From Candidatus Adlerbacteria bacterium (GTDB lineage Bacteria > Patescibacteriota > Minisyncoccia > Phycocordibacterales > SBAW01), in contig JARIGK010000002.1 in assembly GCA_029288895.1 (NCBI GenBank), positions 94,986-158,985 on the forward strand: a stretch of DNA of 64,000 nucleotides, written 5' to 3'. The notes beneath the pieces are model-generated. The model saw only the letters and a program-made list of their open reading frames with translations, was not told the origin of the DNA and searched no databases. Below are positions 19,179 to 29,119 of this stretch, piece by piece; within the stretch, counting starts at the first letter, position 1; every line of letters begins with the position of its first letter. The position numbers and the translations under genes were made by a program.

Positions 19179-19215
19179 CCCCGCAGTTCGCTGCGGGGTT
19201 TTCTTTTTATTTTTT
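19179..19215 (+). terminator. Rho-independent terminator
   Basis: ccccgcag ttcg ctgcgggg hairpin followed by TTTTCTTTTTATTTTTT. Confidence 0.8.
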
Positions 19216-20868
19216 GGGCAAGTCCAAATGGACAAAGGCATCACTAAAGGTGGTGCCTACTTTTTTGCCTGGGTTGAAGATGTTGTGCGGGTCGAAGATT
19301 TTTTTAGTTTGGAGGAAGAGCGCATACATCTCGGGGCCGAACATTTTTTTGACGTACGGCGTGCGGATAAAGCCGTCGTTATGCTCCCCTGTTATCGAGC
19401 CATGGTAGGCAACGACCAAGTCATACACTTTGTGCGAAAGTTCATCAATCGTTTTTGCAGTTGTAGGGTCCTTGGGGTTTACCAAGGGGATGATATGGAA
19501 ATTGCCGTCGCCCACGTGCCCCGCGACCGTGTACATCATCGATTTTTCGTACGGTTTTAAAATCGCTTCAAGCTTTGGCAAAAACTCGGGCAGTGTTTTG
19601 GGCGGCACGACAAAGTCGTCGATAAACGGCGCCGTGCGTTTGCCGCGCACTTTTTTGCGCAGCAAGTTAAAGCTCTCGCGGCGAATGGTCCAGTATTTGC
19701 GGCTCGCTGCTTCATTTTCTGCCACGCGCGTACTGACCTTTGGGTTATTCTTCTTAATCTCTTCTGCCAACTCGTGTGCTTTTTTGTCCGCTTCTTCTTG
19801 CGTGTCGGCGCGGAACTCGATCATAAGCACCAGTTTTGGAATGCCGCCTGTAAGGAGCATCCATATCTCTGGCAAAAACGAAAGTCCGAGCGATATAATC
19901 CCGGCCTTCATCTGTGTGGCAAACTCAGGGAAATATTTTACGGCCAACTTAAAGGTATTGTCGTCGTATGATTCAAAACTATCAGGTTGTTTCTCTAATA
20001 CTTCTGGCACTATTTTGCCTAACTCTGAAAGCGAGTCTAAAAATGCAACAGTCATCGCCGAATACGGCTTTGGAGTCACTAGTGTAAATTTTATTTTGGT
20101 CGTGATACCAAGCGTCCCCTGCGCACCCACCATCAGCCGCGCTAAGTTGAGCGAATTTACGCCGTCGCCTATATCCCACAGTGCGTAACCCGACGAGTTT
20201 TTCTCCACCTTTGGTTTGTTCTTTTCTATTATTTCTTTATGCAGCGACACAAGGCGCGCCATGCCGCGATAGATGTTACCCTCAAAATCCTGCTGTCCCA
20301 ATTTTTGCTTCAGCGCCTCGCCTTCCACATTTTTGAGCGTATAGGCCTGCCCGTCAGCCAGGACAACTTCGAGCTCTTCGGCGTAGCGTGCAGTTTTGCC
20401 GTATTTGAGGTTCTTCTCGCCGCCCGAGTTATTGCCCACCATACCGCCCACAGTGTTTATCTCGCGCGACGCGGTATAGCTTGGTAATTCTAAATTCTTC
20501 TTTTTTGTTTCTTTGTCAAAATCGCGGAAGTACATACCCGGCTGCACAACAGCGTAGTCACTTCCAAGTTCCAAAAGCTTCGTAAAGTGCGCTGTCATAT
20601 CCACAATAATGGATGTGTTGAGCGGTCCGCCCGACATATCGGTACCGGCAGAGCGCGCCGTTAAGGAAATGATGCTGTCCGGGTTCTTTTCTTTTTCTTT
20701 GTTGGCATAGCGCACCAGCACGCCGATGTCTGTCGCATCTTTTGGGTGTACAACCGCTTGCGGTGTCACCGCAAACAAGCTCGCATCACGAGAAAATTTC
20801 TCTAACACCTGCGGCGCATCTTCCACTTCCCCGCGCACAAGTTTGCGCAGGTCACTGCCAATAGACAT
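19207..20868 (-). CDS. FAD-linked oxidase (FAD_binding_4 plus FAD-oxidase C-terminal domain; GlcD/D-lactate dehydrogenase-like)
   Basis: 553 aa; FAD-binding PCMH domain (ARSAGTDMSGGPL, VQPGMYFRDFDKE) and C-terminal HVGDGNFH...GSITGEHNDG motif. Confidence 0.85.
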   Translation of the reverse strand: MSIGSDLRKLVRGEVEDAPQVLEKFSRDASLFAVTPQAVVHPKDATDIGVLVRYANKEKEKNPDSIISLTARSAGTDMSGGPLNTSIIVDMTAHFTKLLELGSDYAVVQPGMYFRDFDKETKKKNLELPSYTASREINTVGGMVGNNSGGEKNLKYGKTARYAEELEVVLADGQAYTLKNVEGEALKQKLGQQDFEGNIYRGMARLVSLHKEIIEKNKPKVEKNSSGYALWDIGDGVNSLNLARLMVGAQGTLGITTKIKFTLVTPKPYSAMTVAFLDSLSELGKIVPEVLEKQPDSFESYDDNTFKLAVKYFPEFATQMKAGIISLGLSFLPEIWMLLTGGIPKLVLMIEFRADTQEEADKKAHELAEEIKKNNPKVSTRVAENEAASRKYWTIRRESFNLLRKKVRGKRTAPFIDDFVVPPKTLPEFLPKLEAILKPYEKSMMYTVAGHVGDGNFHIIPLVNPKDPTTAKTIDELSHKVYDLVVAYHGSITGEHNDGFIRTPYVKKMFGPEMYALFLQTKKIFDPHNIFNPGKKVGTTFSDAFVHLDLPKK

Positions 20869-20883
20869 GCCTCTAGTATATCG

Positions 20884-22332
20884 CTACTTCAGCACGTTCC
20901 AGATGTTTGGATCTTCAGAGCCGTCGAGTTTAAAGACTGCGACGCCGCGGACGCCAAGTCTCTTTGCCAATGCAACTTTGTCTGCAATTGCCTGCGCGTC
21001 GCTCCACCACACGATGTTAAACGGCGGCTGCATGGATGTTGCTAATGCCGACTGCGAGTACACATCAGACGGAGGTGCGTTCGTATTCCCGCCGCCCACA
21101 ACCGCACCCGGCGCGCTTGCCTGACTGGAAAGCGCCTGTGTTGCTGATGTTGATTTATACAGGAAGGAGAGTTCGCCTGCGCTATTGCGCGACGGCGTGA
21201 CACCAAGCAAGGACGCTAACTGCGTTGCGTATGCTGGGTTAAATGGCCACTGCACTTGGTACGAATAGCCCGAGCCATTTGGGGTCACAGCATACTCGTA
21301 GCCATAGGTTGGCACACCAATAAGTATCTTCTTTTTGTCGATGGTTTGTGCTGCCAAATTAACAACATTTTCAACCCATGCTGGGTCTGCCACTGGCGCG
21401 TACGGTGCTGCGCGCGCAGCATTAAGCAACGCATCGATGCGGCCCTGGTCGTAGGTCATAATCTCGACACGATCGCAGTATTTGTTTATTGCAACGTAGT
21501 CGTTGGCATACTCTGTTGCATCGTCAGGGGGCGTCACGTTGTAGCCATACCGCTCGGTAATTGGCATGCGTGCCTCGATCGAGCAGTACACCCATTTGTT
21601 ACCCATGCGCTGATAGAGCCCTTTCAAGAACGTAGAAAAATAATCTTTTGTTTCTGCATGTTTTGCTTCGAAATCGATATCGATGCCGTCGTAGTTATTA
21701 TCTTTAACGAGTTTTGCAATTGCATCCTCAAGCGCCACACGTTTCGTTGCGTCAGACAGCACGGCGTGTTCCGTATCGCCATTGCCCCACATGATTGTCG
21801 GAACAACGCGCACCTTCTGTGCCTTTGCTGCTGCGATAAATGACACCCATGGCTCCTGATTCATCCCCGCGGCATCGTTTAAGGTACCGTCGCTCTTCAT
21901 CGTGTACGTAAAGGGGTTGATTGTAGCCATCTGCGAGAGGTGCGGCTGCACATCCTGGGTACCTTCTGTCTCGTGCCAGTACGGGATCCACCCGCTGTAT
22001 TCGAGCGCACCTTTATACGAAGCAGTCACCGACGTGGGTGCCGCTGCGCCAAGCAAGGCCGCCTGCGTTGACGCACCCACAACACCATAGCTTGCGCCCG
22101 AGCATGCAATGCCGCTCGCGCACTGGAATTTCTTTACTGCGGCCAATGTCATTGAGCCAAACTTACCCGTATTGTTCCCTGCTGCTAAATATCCTTTTGC
22201 AATAAGTTGATTTTGGAGCGAAACAACATCACTGCCAGACATACCAGAGGTAAGCGTACGCGTTGCCGCATACACCGGAGAAACTACAAGAAAACCTAGG
22301 GCGACCAGTGCCCCGAGCAGGAACTTATTCAT
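20884..22332 (-). CDS. Secreted glycoside hydrolase family 18 protein with N-terminal peptidoglycan-binding domain
   Basis: Signal peptide, PG_binding_1-like SGSDVVSLQNQLIAKGYL...VKKFQ, GH18 catalytic DGIDIDFE motif. Confidence 0.8.
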   Translation of the reverse strand: MNKFLLGALVALGFLVVSPVYAATRTLTSGMSGSDVVSLQNQLIAKGYLAAGNNTGKFGSMTLAAVKKFQCASGIACSGASYGVVGASTQAALLGAAAPTSVTASYKGALEYSGWIPYWHETEGTQDVQPHLSQMATINPFTYTMKSDGTLNDAAGMNQEPWVSFIAAAKAQKVRVVPTIMWGNGDTEHAVLSDATKRVALEDAIAKLVKDNNYDGIDIDFEAKHAETKDYFSTFLKGLYQRMGNKWVYCSIEARMPITERYGYNVTPPDDATEYANDYVAINKYCDRVEIMTYDQGRIDALLNAARAAPYAPVADPAWVENVVNLAAQTIDKKKILIGVPTYGYEYAVTPNGSGYSYQVQWPFNPAYATQLASLLGVTPSRNSAGELSFLYKSTSATQALSSQASAPGAVVGGGNTNAPPSDVYSQSALATSMQPPFNIVWWSDAQAIADKVALAKRLGVRGVAVFKLDGSEDPNIWNVLK

Positions 22333-22367
22333 ATTTTTTATTTTAGCACAATTAGCGGCGGGGCTAT

Positions 22368-24149
22368 TTAGCGACGAGCCTTCGTGCGGTCGAGCTCTGT
22401 CAGCCCTTGTTTGCGTAGACGTACAGACAGTGGAGTTATTTCAAGATATTCGTCTTCCACCATCACTTCGAGGCCGCGCTCGATGGTGAGTTCATACGGC
22501 GGGATGAGGTTGATAGCTTCATCTGAGCCCGATGCACGCATGTTGGTGAGTTGTTTGCCCTTCGTTGGGTTAACAGTCATTTCTTCGCCCTTTGAGGTGT
22601 TGCCGATAACCATGCCTTCGTAGACTTCCGTAGCAGCTTTGATGTAGAGCACACCGCGGTCTTGCAAGTTCCACAGCGAGAAGCCGAGTGCTTTGCCTGA
22701 CGCCATCGAAATCATTGAACCTACGGCACGCTTCACAATTTCGCCTGCGTACGGGCGGAATTCGATAAAGCGCGACGAAAGGATGCCTTCGCCTTTGGTG
22801 TCCAAGACAAACTGCGAGCGATAGCCAAGAAGGCCGCGTGTTGGGCCTTCGAGTGTAAGGCGGACGCTGTCAGCGTGGTTTTTGATATCAGTCAAAATAA
22901 ATTTGCGGGTGCCGAGGCGTTCGATAATCGCACCCTGGTAGGTCGACGGTGTGTCGATAACAACTTCTTCAAACGGCTCATGTCGTTCGCCGTTAATTTC
23001 TTGGAAGATAACCTGTGGCTGCGAAACCTGGAGTTCGTACCCTTCGCGACGCATGTTTTCAAGCAAGATTGCGATGTGCAATTCGCCGCGACCCGATACT
23101 TTGTAGGCAACGTCGCTCGAAAAGTCGATCTTCAAACCGACGTTCACTTCGAGTTCGCGCTCCAAGCGCTCGCGGATCTGGCGGCCTGTCACAAACTTAC
23201 CTTCACGGCCAGCAAACGGAGAGTTGTTAACCAAAAAGTTAAGCGTGATGGTAGGCTCGTCGATTGCGATGACAGGAAGAAGCTCTGCATCAGGAGAATC
23301 TGCGACCGTTTCGCCGATAAAGATGTCAGTGAGGCCTGCAATAAGTGCGATGTCGCCTGCGCCAACTTCTGCTGTCTCCTCTTTCTGAAGTCCTCGGAAG
23401 GTGAACATCTTAATGACCTTGCCTTGGCGGACTTCGCCGTTTGGCTTCTTTATAAAAACGTTTTGGCCAGTCTTAATGGTGCCTTCGTAGACACGTGCAA
23501 CAGCCAAGCGGCCAAGGAAGTTGTCGTAGCCGAGGTTAAACGGCTGCAAGCGGAGCGGTTTGTCGGCCAAGCCAGTACCCGCAGCAGGGACTTTCTCCAA
23601 GATCATGTCTAAAAGCGGCGTAAGATCTTTCGAATCATCTGTCAGATTCTTTTTTGCGATGCCTTGGCGGCCAATGGCATACATCACGGGGAAGTTTGCT
23701 TGTTCGTCCGAGGCACCAAGCTCCAAGAAGAGTTCGAGCACCTGTTCTTCTGCGCGTGCAGGGTCGGCAGCTGGTTTGTCGATTTTGTTGATGATGACGA
23801 TTGGCTTGAGACCTAACTCAAGAGATTTCTTGAGCACGAAGCGGGTCTGCGGCATCGGGCCCTCCTGGGCGTCGACGACGAGGAGCACGGAATCGATGGA
23901 ACGGAGTACGCGCTCCACTTCCGAACCGAAGTCGGCGTGGCCTGGCGTGTCGACGATGTTGATTTTGACGCCCTTGTAGAAAATAGCAGCGGGCTTGGAG
24001 TAAATGGTGATACCGCGCTCGCGCTCCAAATCGTTAGAGTCCATCGAGACACCCTCTTCTGCCACGCCCGTCTGGCGCATCAACGCATCGGTCAAGGTTG
24101 TCTTGCCGTGGTCAACGTGCGCAATAATTGCAATATTCCGAATTTCCAT
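22368..24149 (-). CDS. typA: Translational GTPase TypA/BipA
   Basis: [11 protein letters not shown]1 motif, [14 protein letters not shown]; 593 aa with BipA C-terminal domain. Confidence 0.95.
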   Translation of the reverse strand: MEIRNIAIIAHVDHGKTTLTDALMRQTGVAEEGVSMDSNDLERERGITIYSKPAAIFYKGVKINIVDTPGHADFGSEVERVLRSIDSVLLVVDAQEGPMPQTRFVLKKSLELGLKPIVIINKIDKPAADPARAEEQVLELFLELGASDEQANFPVMYAIGRQGIAKKNLTDDSKDLTPLLDMILEKVPAAGTGLADKPLRLQPFNLGYDNFLGRLAVARVYEGTIKTGQNVFIKKPNGEVRQGKVIKMFTFRGLQKEETAEVGAGDIALIAGLTDIFIGETVADSPDAELLPVIAIDEPTITLNFLVNNSPFAGREGKFVTGRQIRERLERELEVNVGLKIDFSSDVAYKVSGRGELHIAILLENMRREGYELQVSQPQVIFQEINGERHEPFEEVVIDTPSTYQGAIIERLGTRKFILTDIKNHADSVRLTLEGPTRGLLGYRSQFVLDTKGEGILSSRFIEFRPYAGEIVKRAVGSMISMASGKALGFSLWNLQDRGVLYIKAATEVYEGMVIGNTSKGEEMTVNPTKGKQLTNMRASGSDEAINLIPPYELTIERGLEVMVEDEYLEITPLSVRLRKQGLTELDRTKARR

Positions 24150-24162
24150 ACTCGTTAATTAA

Positions 24163-24192
24163 AAAAGCGGACGGACCCCGCGTTTGTTGTTA
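24163..24192 (-). terminator. Probable intrinsic terminator downstream of 24224..24517 gene
   Basis: On minus strand: gcgggg tcc gtccgc hairpin followed by TTTTTTAATT. Confidence 0.45.
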
Positions 24193-24223
24193 CTATACCA
24201 GAAAAAATTGAAAAGAAAAAGGG

Positions 24224-24517
24224 CTACTGGATCATCCCTTTAACCTGCTCGGCGATCATTTTTTCGATGCGGCCTTCGAACATGCGGAGCATAAGCGGGA
24301 GCTTAGCGTCGACGATAAATTTCCTTTCTTCAACAACGACAGTGCCGGTGATGTGCTGCTTTTGCGCAGTAAAGGCGAAGTGGAGCGTGTTGCCCTCCCA
24401 CTCTTCTTTATCGATAACGAGCTGGTCGCCCGCCTGTTTCTTGCCTTGCTCCAAGGCATTCTTTACACGGCTTACTGCTTCTACTGTTCCAAATTTGTGC
24501 GGTATATCGAAATGCAT
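24224..24517 (-). CDS. Small protein resembling putative polyhydroxyalkanoic acid system protein family (PHA_gran_rgn-like)
   Basis: 97 aa; MHFDIPHKFGTVEAVSRVKNALEQGKK...EEWEGN...F.F pattern resembles the PHA_gran_rgn family; assignment from memory. Confidence 0.4.
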   Translation of the reverse strand: MHFDIPHKFGTVEAVSRVKNALEQGKKQAGDQLVIDKEEWEGNTLHFAFTAQKQHITGTVVVEERKFIVDAKLPLMLRMFEGRIEKMIAEQVKGMIQ

Positions 24518-24544
24518 AGAAAGTAAGTATACATAATTTTAAAA

Positions 24545-24576
24545 AGAAAACGCCGCCAATCTCGAAAGACGGCGGC
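24545..24576 (-). terminator. Intrinsic terminator ending a 330-nt non-coding interval
   Basis: Minus strand: gccgccg tctttcgagatt ggcggc followed by GTTTTCTTTTT. Confidence 0.7.
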
Positions 24577-24908
24577 AGAATGAGGTGAGGAACTCGGTTT
24601 AGGCTTGGAAGCAATCGCTCCCGGGTACATACATGCATCCAATAGGAACTTGGTTACACCTAACGGCTTAGCCTGTTTCTCCCGTGTTCTTCGTGAGCTA
24701 TGACCACTCACGAATACTCAAGTCCGTTTCGATCCTGTCCTGTACGGGACTATCACCTTCTATGGTGCTTCTTCGCAGAAAGCTTCTAGTTTAGGATTTT
24801 GACGGCTAGCTGGCCTGGTCCGGCAATTTCTTACCGGAATCTCTGTTGATTTATTCCTTGTTCCTCTAAATATAATCGTACACCTACAGATAGTTTGTGC
24901 AAGTGGTT

Positions 24909-26366
24909 TTATTTTTCGAGGTCTAATACTTCATCAATACGGATCTTTTCGACGAAGTCGGGTACGTGGCTCACCAAAATCATCGCGCCTTCGTATTTGT
25001 TGAGTGCTTCTGCAATAACAGGAATGTGGCGGAAGTTAATATGGTTGGTCGGCTCGTCCAAAATGAGCAACCCTGGGCGCAATAATACCAAACGTGCAAA
25101 TGCGACGAGGCCCTTCTGCCCTTCTGAAAGGTTGCCGATTTTTGTATTGATGAGCTCGCCAGTTATTAGGAAACCAGCTGCGGTGCGGCGCAAATCTTCG
25201 TCGATCAATTTTTCCATCACGGCACCCAACTCTTCGTACACTGTTTTGTCGAAATCGAGGTTAGAGAAATCTTGGCGGTAGTAGCCCACGCGCACGCCCT
25301 CCATCACCTGCGCACCTTTTGATGTGCCGTTGACGATGCTTTCAAGCAAGGTGCTTTTGCCGATGCCGTTGGGGCCGCGTAAAAAGAGATGGTTATTTTT
25401 CTTAAGCTTGAGCTCTGCTGTGCGCTTTGTGGCCTTGCCATTCTTAATAGTCTGGAAGCTCGAAATAGTGAGCAGGTCGCCAATAAGTTCTGGCTGCGAT
25501 GGAATAACAAACGAGCGGATCACTCTGTCTTCTTTGCGAACATCGACGATGTCTTCTTCCAACTCTTCGGCCTTTTCGCGCATGCGCTTTGCAACCATAC
25601 GCATCTGGCCGCCCTTGTTAGCAAAGAAGTTTGCTTTGTCTTTGTTTGCCTGGATTTCTTTTGCCAAAAGCGCGTTGGCGCGGTTTTCTTTCTCGATGCG
25701 GGCAGCAATGTCTTGCACCACGTTTTTGTAGGTGCCAACGTACTGCTCAACCTTATGTGTATGCACGTCCAAGTAAAGGACGCCTTGGGTAAATGAGTTC
25801 AAGAACTCTGCATCGTGCGAAATAACGATGACGGTCTTCTTATATTCTTGCAAAAATTTAGTGAGATGTTCGATGCCAGCCTTATCGAGGTTGTTGGTCG
25901 GCTCGTCCAAGAGCAACAGGTCGGGGTTTTGGATAATTGCCGATGCCAACAAAAGACGTGCCTGCTGCCCGCCTGAAAATGAACGGACGATTTTGTCGTG
26001 GTCGGCAACAAGGTTTACAACCGCAAGCACTTTGTCGATGCGCGGGTCGATGTCGTAGATCTTTTCTTTAAAGACATTCTGGAAAAAATCACGCACCGTG
26101 AGGTCGAGTTGGTCGCGCGGGATAACCTGGCGCGCTGTTGCCACCGTCATACCCTCTTCTATATGTATCTCGCCGTTGTCCGGTTCGAGCACATGCTCGC
26201 CTGTGAGCAATTTAAACAATGTTGTCTTGCCTGCGCCGTTCTGACCCATGAGCGTGATCTTGGCGCCACGGCGCACGTTGAACGACACCTCATCCAAGGT
26301 TCTCTTCTTCGGGCCGTGTTCGAACGTCACGTCCTCAAAGCGCACTATGGTGTCGCCCTTAGCCAT
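24909..26366 (-). CDS. ABC-F family ATPase (two ABC domains, no TM domain)
   Basis: Two Walker A sites (GQNGAGKTTL, GPNGIGKSTL), two signature motifs (FSGGQQARLLLA, LSEGQKGLVAFARL), inter-domain linker. Confidence 0.9.
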   Translation of the reverse strand: MAKGDTIVRFEDVTFEHGPKKRTLDEVSFNVRRGAKITLMGQNGAGKTTLFKLLTGEHVLEPDNGEIHIEEGMTVATARQVIPRDQLDLTVRDFFQNVFKEKIYDIDPRIDKVLAVVNLVADHDKIVRSFSGGQQARLLLASAIIQNPDLLLLDEPTNNLDKAGIEHLTKFLQEYKKTVIVISHDAEFLNSFTQGVLYLDVHTHKVEQYVGTYKNVVQDIAARIEKENRANALLAKEIQANKDKANFFANKGGQMRMVAKRMREKAEELEEDIVDVRKEDRVIRSFVIPSQPELIGDLLTISSFQTIKNGKATKRTAELKLKKNNHLFLRGPNGIGKSTLLESIVNGTSKGAQVMEGVRVGYYRQDFSNLDFDKTVYEELGAVMEKLIDEDLRRTAAGFLITGELINTKIGNLSEGQKGLVAFARLVLLRPGLLILDEPTNHINFRHIPVIAEALNKYEGAMILVSHVPDFVEKIRIDEVLDLEK

Positions 26367-26370
26367 CGCT

Positions 26371-27033
26371 CTACCGTATCGTATTTTTGGCTTTTTTGGA
26401 AGCTAATTTCTTTGGTTGCGCTTTTGCTACCTTCGCACCATCGGCGGCGCGCCAGAGGTACCACGAGGCGACAGAGGCATGTTCGCGCCAATCTTTAGCA
26501 AGTTTTTCCATCTGTGTAGGAGTTGGAAGTTTTTTTAAATTGAAAACTGCTTGGAAGCCTTTTTGAATGCCTAAGTCCCCCGTTGGCAAAATGTCCAAGC
26601 GCTCAAGGGTGAAGATCAAGAACATATGTGCGGTCCACACGCCAATGCCTTTTACACGCGTGACATGCTCGATGATTTCATCGTTCGTCATTTTTTTGAA
26701 CTTCTTTGGCTCGATGGTGCCGTCGACAAATTTCTCACTTAAGTCTTTTATATATGATGCTTTTTGCATCGAAAGGCCCGCGCTGCGGAGTTTGTCCATG
26801 GGCATAGCCAAAACTTCTTCGGGTGTTGGAAATCGCTTCGCGGAAAATAGCGCTTCGAACTTTGCCAAAATGCTTGCTGCTGCTTTGCCCGTTACCTGCT
26901 GGTAGATGATAGAACGCACCAGCGACTGGAACGGCTTCATGCCGCGGTTTAATTGCGGCGCGCCGTGCTGCTTAATAAGCGCAGCAAAGCGTTTGTCTTT
27001 TTTTAAGACTTTGAGGGATGCTTCGTGTGCCAT
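26371..27033 (-). CDS. DNA-3-methyladenine glycosylase II family (HhH-GPD, AlkA-like)
   Basis: HhH-GPD motif VTRVKGIGVWTAHMFLIF...LPTGDLG; start trimmed to MAHEASLKVLKK at 27033. Confidence 0.8.
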   Translation of the reverse strand: MAHEASLKVLKKDKRFAALIKQHGAPQLNRGMKPFQSLVRSIIYQQVTGKAAASILAKFEALFSAKRFPTPEEVLAMPMDKLRSAGLSMQKASYIKDLSEKFVDGTIEPKKFKKMTNDEIIEHVTRVKGIGVWTAHMFLIFTLERLDILPTGDLGIQKGFQAVFNLKKLPTPTQMEKLAKDWREHASVASWYLWRAADGAKVAKAQPKKLASKKAKNTIR

Positions 27034-27734
27034 GCAAAGAGAGTAACGGCTGCAGCGGCAGCAACATTCAATGATTCTGCTTTTTCTTCGATCGGGATAG
27101 AGAGGAGCGTGTCGCACAAGTCGGCTGTGCTTTTTGGTAAACCCTTCGACTCGTTGCCCATGATAAACAATGCGCGTTCGTTAAACTGCTCGTCTGCAAC
27201 GGACGTTTTACCCTCACCTGCCAGACCGTACACTTTGTACCCTTCTTTCTTCAGGTCAGAAATAGTTTTTTGTAGGTTGGAGATTGAAACAAGCGGCATC
27301 GAAAATGCCATCCCTGCCGATGCTTTAATGACAGCGCCTGTGACAGGCGCTTGCTTTGCCTGCGGCATCAGCACTGCTTCTGCACCAAACGCAGCCGCCG
27401 AGCGGATGATAGTGCCCACGTTGTGCGGATCCTGGATCTCGTGCAACAACACCACTGCTTTGCCTTGCGGCTTCCATTTTTCGTACGGTGTAACAAGTTC
27501 AAAAAGCGAGACAAGTGCAATAGCACCCTGATGCGGCGCATTACCCTCGACCCACGATGTTGCTTTGCGCTCATCGAGCAGCTCGACGTCGACCCCTACC
27601 TGTTTTGCAAGTTTGCGGAGCTTGTCGTCCTGCATCTGCTTTGCAAAATACACTTTTCGTATTGCCAAAGGCGCATTCGTCAACGCTTCGCGTACTGCAT
27701 GCCGACCGTATATATAAATTTTGTTTTGCTTCAT
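27003..27734 (-). CDS. TrmH/SpoU-family rRNA 2'-O-methyltransferase (RlmB-like)
   Basis: N-terminal substrate-binding domain (IYGRHAVREAL) and SpoU MTase motifs (LLHEIQDPHNVGTIIRSAAAFG, IMGNESKGL). Confidence 0.85.
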   Translation of the reverse strand: MKQNKIYIYGRHAVREALTNAPLAIRKVYFAKQMQDDKLRKLAKQVGVDVELLDERKATSWVEGNAPHQGAIALVSLFELVTPYEKWKPQGKAVVLLHEIQDPHNVGTIIRSAAAFGAEAVLMPQAKQAPVTGAVIKASAGMAFSMPLVSISNLQKTISDLKKEGYKVYGLAGEGKTSVADEQFNERALFIMGNESKGLPKSTADLCDTLLSIPIEEKAESLNVAAAAAVTLFAWHTKHPSKS

Positions 27735-28447
27735 AGTGATGGAATTGTTTCTTTCAATCTGTCGAACCACAACCCGTACCCTGCCCCCGACGGATGGAAC
27801 CCGTCTGCTGCCAAGTAGGTCTCTGGGTGGGCTGTGAATGGGTCTTCCCCAGGTGGCGTATAGAGATTTACATAGACCGCACGCTCCTGCTTTGCCACTG
27901 TGCCAAATGCTTCGTGATACTGCAAGTTAAGCCGCGTGTAGAACGGACGAACAAAGGGCGGGAAATTTGTTGTCGCGCCCACATTTCCTGCCGACATAAG
28001 TATCACCTGCGTGCTTCGGGACACGGCTTTTGCAAGCAGCGGGGCGAGCGCATCTGCTGTTTTCTGCGCATCATGGAAGTGCGTAATATCATTGCCCCCA
28101 ATTTGTATGAGTATCGTGTCGTACCGCTCGAGCGACGCCTGAGCAAATTGCATCGGCAGGTCGGCCACGACAGCGCCTGACACTGCCCTATTTTCGACAT
28201 AGGTTGCATCGAGAGTCTTCGCAAGTCGCCCTGCGACAGAGTCTTCTGCTTTTTCTGCACCGACTCCTACACCCGTACTGTCACCAAGCACAAGTAGTGT
28301 CTTGGAATAGTCTGTCGAGAGTTTTTGATACGGAACTGTTTCATTAACCAGCTTCAGAGATATCTGGTATTTGTAGAAAAAGATGCATGCCCAATACACC
28401 AGCAGCGCTCCACACACAACTGCCAGCATCAGGAAAAACAACTTCAC
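27731..28447 (-). CDS. SGNH/GDSL-family hydrolase, membrane-anchored
   Basis: LVLGDSTG (GDS block I), GGNDI (block III), DGFHPS (block V); N-terminal TM. Confidence 0.75.
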   Translation of the reverse strand: MKLFFLMLAVVCGALLVYWACIFFYKYQISLKLVNETVPYQKLSTDYSKTLLVLGDSTGVGVGAEKAEDSVAGRLAKTLDATYVENRAVSGAVVADLPMQFAQASLERYDTILIQIGGNDITHFHDAQKTADALAPLLAKAVSRSTQVILMSAGNVGATTNFPPFVRPFYTRLNLQYHEAFGTVAKQERAVYVNLYTPPGEDPFTAHPETYLAADGFHPSGAGYGLWFDRLKETIPSL

Positions 28448-28452
28448 AATAG

Positions 28453-29106
28453 TTACTGCGTCACACTGACGCTCGTGATGGTGATCGGCTGGAGCGGGCG
28501 GTCGCTTGAATCAGTTTGCACTTTGTTGATTGCCTCAACGACATCCATGCCAGAAATTACTTTGCCAAAGACGGTGTACTTGCCGTCCAAGAAGTGATTG
28601 TCGACTGCGTTGATAAAGAATTGGCTGCCTGCAGAATTTGGCTGGCCAGTGTTTGCCATAGCAATAGTGCCTTTGACGTTGGTTGCCGTCGAAGAGATTT
28701 CGTCTTCGATGGTGTAGCCCGGGCCGCCAGTGCCCCAGCGTGCCTGCATAGAATCATCCTTTGTAAGCGGGTCGCCGGCCTGGTCCATAAAGCCCGCGAT
28801 AACGCGGTGGAATTTTACGCCATTATAAAAACCCGACTCTGCGAGCTTGGTAAAGTTTGCCACCGTGTTTGGCGCGATGGTTGCAAGCATTTGGATGGAA
28901 ATGTCGCCCTTTGTTGTGTGCAATGTAACTGTCATAGGTTGATTACGGATTGGGTTAGTAGATGGTGTCGTGGTTGCGGGCGTTTGTACGGTGCTTGTTG
29001 CTTGGGCTTCGGCAGGTGTTTGCACTGGCGTTTTGCCAGAGAGAAACCAAAACCCGCCAACCAAAATAATAATGAGCGCTGCTGCTCCAGCTATCAATTT
29101 CCACAT
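28453..29106 (-). CDS. Cyclophilin-type peptidyl-prolyl cis-trans isomerase, membrane-anchored
   Basis: FHRVIAGFMDQAGDP, GTIAMANTGQPNSAGSQFFI cyclophilin signatures; start trimmed to MWKLIAGAAALIIILVGG. Confidence 0.85.
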   Translation of the reverse strand: MWKLIAGAAALIIILVGGFWFLSGKTPVQTPAEAQATSTVQTPATTTPSTNPIRNQPMTVTLHTTKGDISIQMLATIAPNTVANFTKLAESGFYNGVKFHRVIAGFMDQAGDPLTKDDSMQARWGTGGPGYTIEDEISSTATNVKGTIAMANTGQPNSAGSQFFINAVDNHFLDGKYTVFGKVISGMDVVEAINKVQTDSSDRPLQPITITSVSVTQ

Positions 29107-29119
29107 ACAGAAAAGTATA

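Noticed and set aside
24545-24908. tmRNA, RNase P RNA or SRP RNA in the 330-nt gap
   Set aside because: No GGGG 5' end or tRNA-like CCA 3' end for tmRNA. No P4 pseudoknot motifs (AGGAAAGUCCGG / ACAGAAnnCGGCUUA) for RNase P. No GGAAGCAGCC helix-8 motif for SRP RNA. Kept only as an unassigned candidate.
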